This document shows positions 26,797-35,883 of a stretch of 53,363 bases of DNA, one piece after another. The notes below the pieces were generated by a model. That model saw only the letters and a list, made by a program, of their open reading frames with translations. It was not told where the DNA came from and did not search any database. Numbering within the stretch: position 1 is the first letter of the stretch; every line of letters begins with the position of its first letter. Position numbers and translations under genes: made by a program. The DNA comes from Corallococcus sp. (lineage in GTDB: Bacteria; Bacillota; Clostridia; Christensenellales; CAG-314), in the NCBI GenBank assembly GCA_023667435.1, contig JAMPAB010000005.1:1-53363 (forward strand), read 5' to 3'.

Positions 26797-27365
26797 TTGC
26801 GCAGCGCCCCCTTGTTTGCTTTGCCGTAAGCCAAAAACACCGACGCTATGCCTATTACGGACGTCAGCGCAGTCGCGATCAGGTTGGGGAGAATTATGTC
26901 CGACGCATTTGCGGAACCGAAAGACGCGCGCAGACCTATTACGGTCGTAGGCAGCAACTGTACGCTCGTAGCGTTGACGACAAAAAGCATAGCGCCGAAA
27001 CGGGATAACGTTTCGCCTTTTTCCGTCTCCTTAATCGCCGCGATTGCCGACGGCGTCGCAGCGTTGCCTATTCCCAAAAGATTAGACGCGAGATTGAGCG
27101 ATACGTAATTCGCCGCCGCCTCGCTCACGTTGCCGTACAGCCATTTATTGAACTTGCCTAAAACTTTTGCGAGTTTTTCTACCAGACGACATTCCTCCGC
27201 GATATTAAAAATACCGAGCCACACGCAATATACCGCAATCAGCTCGAATGAGGTTTTAAGCGCTTGCGAAGCGCCGTCCAAACAAACCGTTAGTACGCTT
27301 TGCGGATTCGTAAACGCTAAAACCGCGATTGCCGCTATTGTTATTACCGTCCAAACAACGTTCAT
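26793..27365 (-). CDS. spmA: Spore maturation protein A
   Basis: NLLGIGNAATP and NATSVQLLPTTVIGLR motifs. Paired with spmB. Confidence 0.92.
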   Translation of the reverse strand: MNVVWTVITIAAIAVLAFTNPQSVLTVCLDGASQALKTSFELIAVYCVWLGIFNIAEECRLVEKLAKVLGKFNKWLYGNVSEAAANYVSLNLASNLLGIGNAATPSAIAAIKETEKGETLSRFGAMLFVVNATSVQLLPTTVIGLRASFGSANASDIILPNLIATALTSVIGIASVFLAYGKANKGALRK

Positions 27366-27455
27366 ATAATAATTTATTTGCCGCAGCCGTTTTTATGATT
27401 TTCAGACGCAGACGCATGCCGCGCATTTACGTTTTGGAAGCGAGCGCGTAAGTTG

Positions 27456-27484
27456 TTTACAAAACGCGTTGAAAATGTTAAAAT
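27456..27484 (+). promoter_or_regulatory. Sigma-A-type promoter of metG
   Basis: TTTACA-N17-TAAAAT with a TG extension. Confidence 0.6.
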
Positions 27485-27534
27485 AAAAACAAATATTTTG
27501 CGAAGTTCCATTAGCTTCGGCAAAGGAGGATTTT

Positions 27535-29463
27535 GTGACAAAAAAACCTTACTACATTACGACGCCTATTTATTATTCCAGCGGCAGTTTCCATATCGGA
27601 CATTGCTATACTACCGTAATATGCGACGCGTTGGCGCGTTTCAAACGTATGGACGGGTACGACGTCTTTTATCTGACGGGTACGGACGAACACGGACAAA
27701 AAGTGCAGCAGCGCGCGGAAAAAGCAGGCGTAACTCCCAAACAATTCGTAGACAAACTGTACGAACAAATCGTCGCGCTGTGGAAAGCGCTTGATATAAG
27801 CTACGACAAATTTATACGTACTACCGACGAATATCACGAACTAACGGTGCAAAAAATATACGAAAAACTTCTTGCGAGCGGAGACATTTACAAAGCGGAA
27901 TACGAAGGGCTGTACTGTACGCCCTGCGAAGCGTTCTGGACGGAAAGTCAGCTTGCAGACGGAAAATGTCCCGACTGCGGACGTCCCGTAATTAAGCAGA
28001 AAGAGGAAAGCTATTTCTTCCGTTTGAGCAAATATCAGGACAGACTTATGGCGTTTTATAAGGAAAACCCCGAATTCATAAGTCCGAAATCGCGCATGAA
28101 CGAAATGATAAACAATTTTATCAAACCGGGACTTAAAGACTTGTGCATATCGCGAACGACTTTCGACTGGGGCATAAAACTGCCCTTCGACGAAAAACAC
28201 GTGGCGTACGTATGGATAGACGCGTTGACGAACTACATTACGGCGCTGGGATACTTACAGGACGATCACGAAAAGTTCGATAAATATTGGCCCGCCGATT
28301 TGCATATGGTAGGCAAAGAAATCGTCCGCTTTCACACCGTCATTTGGCCCGCTTTGCTTATGGCGCTGAATTTACCGCTGCCGAAAAAGGTTTACGGACA
28401 CGGCTGGCTGCTGTTCGGCAACGACAAAATGAGCAAATCTAAGGGCAACACGGTCGATCCGTTTTTCCTTGTCGACCGTTACGGCGTAGATCCCGTCAGA
28501 TACTATCTGCTTCGCGAAATACCGTTCGGCAGCGACGGCAATTACACCAACGAAGCGCTTCTTGCGCGCACAAACGCCGACCTCGTAAACGATTTGGGCA
28601 ATCTCGTAAGCCGCACTACCGCAATGATAACGCAGTATTTCAACGGAGAAGTTCCTTCGCCCAACGGTTATACCGAGTTGGATAAGGAGTTGATTGTTCT
28701 TTGCGAAAACGCGCTTGCAAACGTCAGAAAGGACATAGATAATTTGTCCGCGCCCGACGCGCTTGCGGACATTTTCAAAATAATTCAACGCGCGAATAAG
28801 TATATAGACGAAACCGCCCCCTGGACGTTAAACAAAACGGGAAATAAAACCCGCCTTGCAACGGTGTTGTACGTGCTTGCGGAATGTATCCGATTTGCCG
28901 CCGTGCTGCTTAAACCGTTTATTACGAAAACTTCCGACGAAATCTTCGTAAAACTGGGCGTGAAAAGTCCCGACAGTTTTAAGGGTCTTGATAAATTCGG
29001 CGGTTTGCCCGTCGGATCTAAGGTTACAAAGGGAGAAAATTTGTTTAACCGCATAGACGTAGAAAAGGAGTTGAAAGCTTTGGAAGAAATCGCCGCAAAA
29101 CAAAACGACACGGAAGATAAACAGGACAAGCCCGTTGACGAACAGATAGACATAAACGACTTTGCAAAAATCAAACTGCGTACCGCTAAAGTATTGAGTT
29201 GCGAAAAGGTGGCGAAAAGCGACAAACTGCTCGTATTTAAACTGCAAGTCGGAAGCGAGGTGCGTCAGGTGGTCAGCGGAATCGCTCAATACTACGCGCC
29301 CGAAGAATTGATAGGCAAAACGGTCGTACTCGTTGCAAACCTCAAACCTGCGAAAATACGCGGAGTGGAAAGTAACGGTATGATTCTATGCGCAGACAAC
29401 GGAGACGGCGTTGTATTCGTCACTCCCGAAAAAGACGTAGAATCGGGAAAGGTAGTCCGCTGA
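27535..29463 (+). CDS. metG: Methionine--tRNA ligase with C-terminal tRNA-binding domain
   Basis: YITTPIYY, HIGH, GTDEHGQK and KMSKS motifs, Zn knuckle, C-terminal Trbp111-like domain. AAGGAGG RBS and GTG start. Confidence 0.97.
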   Translation: MTKKPYYITTPIYYSSGSFHIGHCYTTVICDALARFKRMDGYDVFYLTGTDEHGQKVQQRAEKAGVTPKQFVDKLYEQIVALWKALDISYDKFIRTTDEYHELTVQKIYEKLLASGDIYKAEYEGLYCTPCEAFWTESQLADGKCPDCGRPVIKQKEESYFFRLSKYQDRLMAFYKENPEFISPKSRMNEMINNFIKPGLKDLCISRTTFDWGIKLPFDEKHVAYVWIDALTNYITALGYLQDDHEKFDKYWPADLHMVGKEIVRFHTVIWPALLMALNLPLPKKVYGHGWLLFGNDKMSKSKGNTVDPFFLVDRYGVDPVRYYLLREIPFGSDGNYTNEALLARTNADLVNDLGNLVSRTTAMITQYFNGEVPSPNGYTELDKELIVLCENALANVRKDIDNLSAPDALADIFKIIQRANKYIDETAPWTLNKTGNKTRLATVLYVLAECIRFAAVLLKPFITKTSDEIFVKLGVKSPDSFKGLDKFGGLPVGSKVTKGENLFNRIDVEKELKALEEIAAKQNDTEDKQDKPVDEQIDINDFAKIKLRTAKVLSCEKVAKSDKLLVFKLQVGSEVRQVVSGIAQYYAPEELIGKTVVLVANLKPAKIRGVESNGMILCADNGDGVVFVTPEKDVESGKVVR

Positions 29464-29464
29464 T

Positions 29465-30235
29465 ATGATAGACGGCCATTTACATTTGGACGACGAGAAG
29501 CTGCGCGGACAGGCAGAAGAAATCATTCGCGGACTGAGCGCGCACGGAATCGAATTCGTAATAAACAACAGCTGCAATTACCGCTCTATGCTGGACGGAG
29601 CGAACCTTGCCGAAAAATTTGACGACGTATACGCTACCGTCGGTATGCACCCGCACGACAGTAAGGACTTCGACGATTGCTTTCGTACGACAATGCGGCA
29701 ACTCGCTTCGAGCAAAAAAGTAGTCGCTGTGGGAGAAATCGGACTCGATTATTACTACGACTTGTCCGACAGACAAACTCAAAAAGACGTTTTTGCGGAA
29801 CAGTTGGAAATCGCCGACGAGCTCAACCTGCCCGTTACGCTGCATATTCGCGACGCATACAAAGACGCGGCGGATATACTTACCGCGCAGAAAAAGTACC
29901 TTAACAACGGCGTGCTGTGGCACTGTTATTCGGGCAGCGCCGAGTTTGCCCGTCAAATGGCAAAGCAAGGACACTATTTCGCTTTCGGAGGCGCGATTAC
30001 TTTTAAAAACGCGCACAAGGAAGACGTATTACGCGAAGTGCCTTTCGACCGCGTCCTTTCCGAAACGGACAGCCCGTATATGGCGCCGGTACCCTTAAGA
30101 GGTACGGTAAACACCCCGTTTAACATACCGTTGATCGTTGCCAAAATCGCCGAAATCTACGGCAAAAGTATCGACGAGACGGAAGCGCAAATCCGCGAAA
30201 ATACTTTGCGGTTATTTTCCAAAATCAAACGTTAA
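29465..30235 (+). CDS. tatD: TatD family deoxyribonuclease
   Basis: IDGHLHL, GMHPH, GEIGLDYY and ETDSPY motifs. Follows metG. Confidence 0.95.
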   Translation: MIDGHLHLDDEKLRGQAEEIIRGLSAHGIEFVINNSCNYRSMLDGANLAEKFDDVYATVGMHPHDSKDFDDCFRTTMRQLASSKKVVAVGEIGLDYYYDLSDRQTQKDVFAEQLEIADELNLPVTLHIRDAYKDAADILTAQKKYLNNGVLWHCYSGSAEFARQMAKQGHYFAFGGAITFKNAHKEDVLREVPFDRVLSETDSPYMAPVPLRGTVNTPFNIPLIVAKIAEIYGKSIDETEAQIRENTLRLFSKIKR

Positions 30236-30420
30236 ACGCGCGTATAATGCGGTTTTACGGCGATTTTACTCTTAATCCGGCATTCGAAAACTTACAAGAT
30301 TTTGACGAACGTTCACCGAATATATACTTCGTGAAGACATACTCGCAGCGCGTACAATCTAACGGAAATACGGTACGTTTTTACAACCGAAAAACTCGAA
30401 AAAACAAGGGCATATATAAT

Positions 30421-31014
30421 ATGGATAATTATGTATATATATTAAATAATAAGATATATATAAATCTCACAAACCGCTGCTCGAATAATTGCGATTTCTG
30501 CATACGTTCGGGACGCGACGGAATGGACGGTCAAACGCTGTGGATAAAGGAAGAGCCGACTGCCGAAGACGTTATAGAACAACTGCCTCCGAATATGGAC
30601 GACTACGATTCGGAAGTGGTATTTTGCGGATTCGGCGAGCCGACGTATAATCTCGATGCGTTGGACGAGGTGGCGAGCTATCTGCACTGCATAGACAAGA
30701 CTACCCGCGTAAACACAAATGGGCAGGCGAATTTGATTAACGGACGGGACGTTACAGACGTTATCGTTACAAGCTGCGACGTTATAAACGTATCTTTAAA
30801 CGAGTGCGACGCCGAAAAGTATAACAAGCATTGTAAAAGTATCTTCGGAAAAAAAGCTTACGACGCCCTGCTGGAATTTGCAAAGCTGTGTAAACAAAGG
30901 AGCGGAAACGTGGTATTTTCCGTTGTAGACAGTATCGGAAAAACGGACGTAGCGGAATGCCTCAAGCTTGCCGATAAGCTAGGCATACCGCTTCGGGTTC
31001 GCGCCAAAGAATAA
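30421..31014 (+). CDS. TatD-associated radical SAM protein
   Basis: YINLTNRCSNNCDFC (CxxxCxxC), VFCGFGEP and RVNTNG motifs. Start set at ATG 30421. Confidence 0.88.
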   Translation: MDNYVYILNNKIYINLTNRCSNNCDFCIRSGRDGMDGQTLWIKEEPTAEDVIEQLPPNMDDYDSEVVFCGFGEPTYNLDALDEVASYLHCIDKTTRVNTNGQANLINGRDVTDVIVTSCDVINVSLNECDAEKYNKHCKSIFGKKAYDALLEFAKLCKQRSGNVVFSVVDSIGKTDVAECLKLADKLGIPLRVRAKE

Positions 31015-31113
31015 AACCGTTGCATAATACTCGGCGCGTCGCGCCGTTCAACGTTTTCGGCAAAGCGCGGCGCGCACGCAAAATTTGCATAAGCAGAAGT
31101 TCTTTATTTAATT

Positions 31114-31148
31114 AAAAAGTTCACCGATATTCGACGGCGAGCTTTTTT
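31114..31148. terminator. Bidirectional intrinsic terminator
   Basis: AAAAAGTTCACCG-loop-CGGCGAGCTTTTTT. Confidence 0.7.
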
Positions 31149-31175
31149 CGGTTGTAAAAGTTTGTTCTTATTAAC

Positions 31176-31610
31176 TTATGCCGCGTACGGGCAACGTTGT
31201 TTACTATACGTAATCGTCAACGCGGTACGGTGTAATAACGAGCAAACGATAGTTAATTGTAGTTAAACCTCATTAACTATTCTCGATATGCTATAATATA
31301 ACACACACGAACAACATTTGTCGCAATATTCTTCTCTCAACGTGATGTGTTGTATAATAGCAGTCAGCAGTAATTAGACGTAGTTAAACGTCGTTAGCTG
31401 CTACTGTATTTTATTATATCATCGAATGATAAATTATCGGTTCAAAGTATAAACAACTCACATTCGATGGATATTTCTGTTGTTTGTAACTTCATTGTTT
31501 TTCGATTATATTACATCGTACAAGAGCAATACTTATTACAATATGTAATTATCAACGTGATACGATGTAATAAACAGCAGTTAGATGCCGTTAAATGCAG
31601 TTTGTTGTTT
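31176..31610 (+). ncRNA. Array of three homologous two-hairpin units (candidate small-RNA array)
   Basis: Units at ~31176-31285, 31298-31406 and 31509-31610. Each has a stem enclosing CAA-N9-C(A/T)ATA-N8-TCAACG(T/C)G(A/G)T, then a second stem with a GTTAAA loop. Stem sequences differ but pairing is kept, and the G-U pairs fall on the + strand. Confidence 0.55.
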
Positions 31611-31649
31611 TATTATAACGTTGCACTATTAACCGATTTGACATTTAGT

Positions 31650-31853
31650 CTAGAAATCGGACCTGCCTAATAGATAGTCGGTAGTCACGTCAAAATAGTC
31701 TGCGATTTTACACAGCGTCTCTAAACCGGGAAATGCACGCCCAGCCTTCATTTCGGTTACTGCTTGTCTGCTGATCAAACAATATAACGCCAGCTCCGTT
31801 TGTTTTGTTTGATTAGTTACAATTAATTCGTTAAACCGTTCGGTAAATTTCAT
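31650..31853 (-). CDS. XRE/Cro-C1 family HTH regulator
   Basis: QTELA..ISRQAV..GRAFPGLETLCKIADYFDVTTDYLLGR is a typical XRE pattern. Confidence 0.88.
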   Translation of the reverse strand: MKFTERFNELIVTNQTKQTELALYCLISRQAVTEMKAGRAFPGLETLCKIADYFDVTTDYLLGRSDF

Positions 31854-31874
31854 AATATTATTCTATAATTATGT

Positions 31875-31915
31875 GTACAGTAACGCTTGACAATACAGTA
31901 TTACTGTACTAAAAT
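31875..31915 (+). promoter_or_regulatory. Promoter with a palindromic operator between -35 and -10
   Basis: TTGACA (31887)-N17-TAAAAT (31910). The spacer holds the palindrome TACAGTA-T-TACTGTA, with an extra half-site GTACAGTAA at 31875. Confidence 0.75.
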
Positions 31916-31921
31916 AATTAA

Positions 31922-32130
31922 ATGAAAAAATACTCGAGCTTAAAAATCGATATCTCTAAAATAAAAGCTACATCGGGGAAAACTTTTTGACGTATACTTC
32001 GTTTTGTAAGCAATGCGGAATATCTTTAATAACGTTTAATAAAATACGAAAAGGCGAGAGCGTACGATTGAATTCGATAATTAAAATCGCCCAAACAATA
32101 GGTGTCAGAATAAACGACTTGTTAGAATGA
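31922..32130 (+). pseudogene. Frameshifted Cro-like HTH gene divergent from the XRE gene
   Basis: The ATG 31922 frame (MKKYSSLKIDISKIK) stops at 31988-31990. One extra A in the run at ~31963-31966 would join it to SYIGENFLTYTSFCKQCGISLITFNKIRKGESVRLNSIIKIAQTIGVRINDLLE, an HTH-like sequence ending at TGA 32130. Confidence 0.7.
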
Positions 32131-32404
32131 GACACAGTTTATTTGCCTAACGTACTTTAAGCATATCATACGAGGCATTCGATTCTGCTTCTTATGTTCA
32201 AGCCGTTAACGCAATTAAACGGTTTCGTTGTTTTTTTCGTTGGTACTCGCAACCAACTTTACTTTATTATACGCAGAGTTTTTTTTGTTTTCCCGTCGAT
32301 TGAATCTTTTATTATTCCCTTAGAGGGGTTAGTTGTCGGAATTTTACTTTGCGAAAACGCAACAACTATATGCCCCTAAGTAGCGGAAGAGAATCTCTTT
32401 AACG

Positions 32405-33328
32405 TCAATTCGTCAACGTCAACTTTGTTACGATGGGAAAGTGGTCGCTTGGATACGCGCCGTTATACGTTGCGGTAATCACTTCGTAGCTGTTGACGGT
32501 AAAACCCGATTTGGAAATCATAAAGTAGTCGATTGTAGGATAATCGAGCTGCGTTCCCCAGTTCTGATACGTGCAGTGACCGATATAGCCGTTCGAAACT
32601 CTGTACTTTACGTCGTCGAAATTTTCCGTCGCCGCTCTGTACGTGTCGGAATTCTCTTCCGCATTTAAGTCGCCCATAATAACGGACGGCAAACCGCCGA
32701 ACTGTCGGATTTTTTCCAAAACAACGTTGATACCGTTGATACGCGCAAGATCGCTTACGTGATCCAAATGCGTATTGAAAACGACGAATTTGCTTTCGGT
32801 AGCTTTATCCTGCAAGATAACGTAACTGCATATGCGGTAACATGCCGCGCCCCAGTCTCTGCTCATAACGTCGGGCGTCTCCGACAGCCAAAACGATCCT
32901 TTGTCAACTAAATCGTACAAATCGCTGCGGTAGAATATAGGACAGCCTTCGGAATTGAACGTCGTGTCGCGATAGACTATTTCCGAATCGTAATTTTTAA
33001 GAATATCTCGGTAATACTCGTACTGCCACTTTGTCGCTTCCTGCATACCTATGATCGTAGGTTTTACTTGTTCGATATTTTTCGCTATCAAATCGGCGCG
33101 GTATTGCCACGTCCGTTTTCCGAAATCGAACAGGGCGTCGCAACGCAGATTCGCGCTCATTACCTTTATCTCGCCGTCTGTTACGTTTGTGTCGGAACAC
33201 GCAAAGTCAAGTTCGCGTTTGCTGCCGTTATATTTCGCTACGTACGCGTATTTCGCTATTACCAACGACAAAATCGCAACTGCCAGCGCTGCGGCTACGC
33301 CTATCAACGCTTTTTTCCAAACTTTCAT
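32405..33328 (-). CDS. Secreted or membrane-anchored endonuclease/exonuclease/phosphatase (EEP) family protein
   Basis: N-terminal TM/signal; VMSANLR, GMQE, NTHLDH, MGDLNA, IDY and SDHFP motifs. Confidence 0.9.
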   Translation of the reverse strand: MKVWKKALIGVAAALAVAILSLVIAKYAYVAKYNGSKRELDFACSDTNVTDGEIKVMSANLRCDALFDFGKRTWQYRADLIAKNIEQVKPTIIGMQEATKWQYEYYRDILKNYDSEIVYRDTTFNSEGCPIFYRSDLYDLVDKGSFWLSETPDVMSRDWGAACYRICSYVILQDKATESKFVVFNTHLDHVSDLARINGINVVLEKIRQFGGLPSVIMGDLNAEENSDTYRAATENFDDVKYRVSNGYIGHCTYQNWGTQLDYPTIDYFMISKSGFTVNSYEVITATYNGAYPSDHFPIVTKLTLTN

Positions 33329-33521
33329 ACGTTTCCCTCCTTAAATACAAAACGCTTAGAATACTGCCCGATATAATAACCGCTCGCGCATAAATATTGT
33401 AACACAGGCGAAAACAATTTTCCATAATTTGCAAAATAATGAATAAATACCTTTTTTCATACAGTTTTGAATACGTATATATGCTGTTGCTAAACTTTAC
33501 GAAGTGTTGTAAAATATACCT

Positions 33522-34157
33522 ATGAACGTAAATTACGATATTCTTTTTCAACAAATACAAAACGGAATTGACGTAAACAATCCGCCTAAGCTGTTGCTTC
33601 ACGCCTGCTGCGCGCCTTGTTCGACGTACTGTCTAACAAGAGTTCTCCCATTCTTCGACGTAACGCTGTATTTTTCCAACGACAATATAACAAATTCGGC
33701 AGAACACGAAAAACGGCTATGCGAAGTAAAAAAACTGGTAGATACGGTAAACGGCGGCAACTTCGAAATTCAACCGCTGCGCCCGTTAAAGCTTGTTGCT
33801 CCCGCCGCAAATCCCTACAACTTCTACAATGCGGCAAAAGGACTGGAAAAAGAACGCGAAGGGGGCGCGAGGTGCGCGGTCTGTTTCCGCTTGCGTCTGT
33901 CGAACACCCGCGATTATGCCGCCTGTAACGGTTTCGATTTATTCGGAACAACGCTTACCGTTTCGCCGTACAAAAACAGTCAAACGTTAAACGAAATAGG
34001 ATTGTCCTTGCAAACGGACGAATTACGCTGGTTGACCGCCGACTTCAAAAAACATAACGGCTACAACGAAAGCATACGGTTGTCGAACAAATACGGACTG
34101 TACCGTCAGCATTACTGCGGCTGCGAATTTTCGTTGCAACAAACTACGGTAAAGTAA
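33522..34157 (+). CDS. queH: Epoxyqueuosine reductase QueH (DUF208)
   Basis: LLLHACCAPCS, RCAVCFRLRL, TTLTVSPYK and YRQHYCGCEFS motifs. Confidence 0.93.
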   Translation: MNVNYDILFQQIQNGIDVNNPPKLLLHACCAPCSTYCLTRVLPFFDVTLYFSNDNITNSAEHEKRLCEVKKLVDTVNGGNFEIQPLRPLKLVAPAANPYNFYNAAKGLEKEREGGARCAVCFRLRLSNTRDYAACNGFDLFGTTLTVSPYKNSQTLNEIGLSLQTDELRWLTADFKKHNGYNESIRLSNKYGLYRQHYCGCEFSLQQTTVK

Positions 34158-34455
34158 GAAATTCCGATTATATTTTCTTCGATAACAGCAGCGCCGAAAT
34201 TGCGCCGACGACTTTCCGTCGTCAAGTTCGCAAATCTGCTTTGTTTATATGACGTTTACCGAATATACACTTTGTCAAGCAACACTTGACATACGTACAA
34301 ACCCGTCTTGCGTCGGTATTAACAGCGAAAACTGCATAATTCTATTACTTATTCCCAAACGTTTTCGAGATTATGCTTGCGCATCGGTTCGCGGCAAATA
34401 AACCGTTGTCGAATTCGGGCGGACATTATGCTCGGTATTTCCTCGTTCGCAACAT

Positions 34456-34492
34456 AAAAACGCGCTCCGAAAATCGGATTTTTCGGGGCGCG
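34456..34492 (-). terminator. Intrinsic terminator
   Basis: CGCGCCCCGAAAA/TTTTCGGAGCGCG stem followed by TTTTT on the minus strand. Confidence 0.7.
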
Positions 34493-34532
34493 ATTCAGTT
34501 TGAAAACGTTTTATAAATTGCCGACGATTCCG

Positions 34533-35129
34533 TTATTCGGCAGGTTTTTCCTCTTTCGCTTCTTCGGCAACGGGAGTTTCCGCAACAGACGCCTGTTCCG
34601 TAGCGGGCGCGCTTGCGCCGGAAGCTTCTACAAACGCGTTGAAAGCAGATTCGTCTGCATCCTTTTTAAGAGACTTTTTGAGTATCTTGGTAATTATTGC
34701 GTCCGCAATACCCACAATCAATAAAGTGTACGGCAGATACGTAGCAAAGTAAGAAAAGAAGTATATTGTGGGAGTCATCACAAGCCATATCCATATAACT
34801 GCGGTCATCTTCAGTTTTTTGTTGTATTGAGCTTCGGTGTACAGTTTTTTACCCTGCTTGTGCTTGATTACGCTTACGAACATCAGAATTGTCTTAACGA
34901 GCGCGATAATCATAAACACAAGATACAAAATGACTATAAGGAGCACGACATAGTCGAATCCGCTGAATTTACCCGAGAACAATAACGCAATATAAGCATA
35001 CGACCAGTACCACATCGCGCGAAGCTCGGAATGAGGCGGTATAACCATTGTCATAAGGAATACGACCGCTACGGTTACCAACTTGACTATAGCAAGAATA
35101 AACGATTTTTTGCTGATTTTTTGTTCCAT
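34533..35129 (-). CDS. Hypothetical membrane protein (~4 TM) with an acidic Ala/Glu/Pro tail
   Basis: AAGGAG RBS, hydrophobic helices, downstream terminator. Confidence 0.75.
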   Translation of the reverse strand: MEQKISKKSFILAIVKLVTVAVVFLMTMVIPPHSELRAMWYWSYAYIALLFSGKFSGFDYVVLLIVILYLVFMIIALVKTILMFVSVIKHKQGKKLYTEAQYNKKLKMTAVIWIWLVMTPTIYFFSYFATYLPYTLLIVGIADAIITKILKKSLKKDADESAFNAFVEASGASAPATEQASVAETPVAEEAKEEKPAE

Positions 35130-35491
35130 AATTTTTTCTCTCCTTTTTTGCTCAGCAACATTACAATCGAAAAATCAAATAATAGCGACGTATTCTTCGT
35201 CATTTACTCTTACAACATCGACAAGCAATATAATAACCTCAACGTATCTGTCAAGGATTTTGGGGAAATTAACGAAATATTTTAAAAAGATTTGCAAAAA
35301 TAAACGTCAATCTGTCGTTCAACCAACTCGTTACAAATAATAACGCCGTAAAAAAATGCTCGCATCGAAAGTTTAAGCGAGCATTAAAGAATAGAAATTT
35401 AACATTGACGCCGCGCGACTTATTAACTTGCGACGTTTCGATTACATTGAAATAATTTAGTAACTTTTCGCGTTCGCCGTATACCGAAATA

Positions 35492-35880
35492 TGTCTTACC
35501 TGTATCGCAACGAGCTACGTTACTTCAATCAGATAGTCCATTAAAGTTCACCGCTTAACAATAAGAGCGAGGCGCGACGCGTTAAACGAATGTCTGCAGT
35601 GCGGACTTCGTAGCCAAAGCGGTCCAGAGCTTTGCTCGCAGACCGGAGTTCGACAGGAAAAAGACAATAACCTTCGTGTTTGGATGAACTCGGTTATTGT
35701 CGGCGTTCGCTTCGCTCGGCTGTATCTGCAACGAGCTACTACTTATCTCAACCGACTAGTCCGTTAAAGTCTACCGCTTGACAAGCAGAGCGAGGGTATT
35801 CGGCAAGAAAACAATCTGCAACGAGCCGACAGGCGAAGTGAAGCCTTTTTTGAGCGAACACCCGATGCGACATACTGAGC
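35492..35880. repeat. Structured intergenic element with two diverged ~75-nt core repeats
   Basis: TGTATC(T)GCAACGAGCTAC..TAGTCC.TTAAAGT..ACCGCTT.ACAA...GAGCGAGG at ~35501-35572 and ~35721-35795, each enclosed by long stems. Confidence 0.6.
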
Positions 35881-35883
35881 GAC

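Noticed and set aside
30247-30420. N-terminal extension of the radical SAM ORF (similar extensions for the ADH, TetR, spoIIE, argS and serine hydrolase ORFs)
   Set aside because: Downstream starts fit the RBS position and/or family N-termini better.
31176-31610. CRISPR array interpretation of the hairpin units
   Set aside because: No identical 23-47 nt direct repeats with unique spacers, and no cas genes.
31467-31670. 67-aa + strand ORF over the array (also 39891-40394 and 32194-32379)
   Set aside because: No RBS or protein-like motifs; they overlap structured repeats or lie antisense to real genes.
33330-33521. preQ1 riboswitch upstream of queH
   Set aside because: No preQ1 consensus seen; a -10-like TAAAAT lies just before the ATG, suggesting little or no leader.
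35600-35655. tRNA-like words (GTAGCCAAAGCGGT, GGAGTTCGAC)
   Set aside because: Cannot be folded into a cloverleaf with acceptor stem and anticodon arm.
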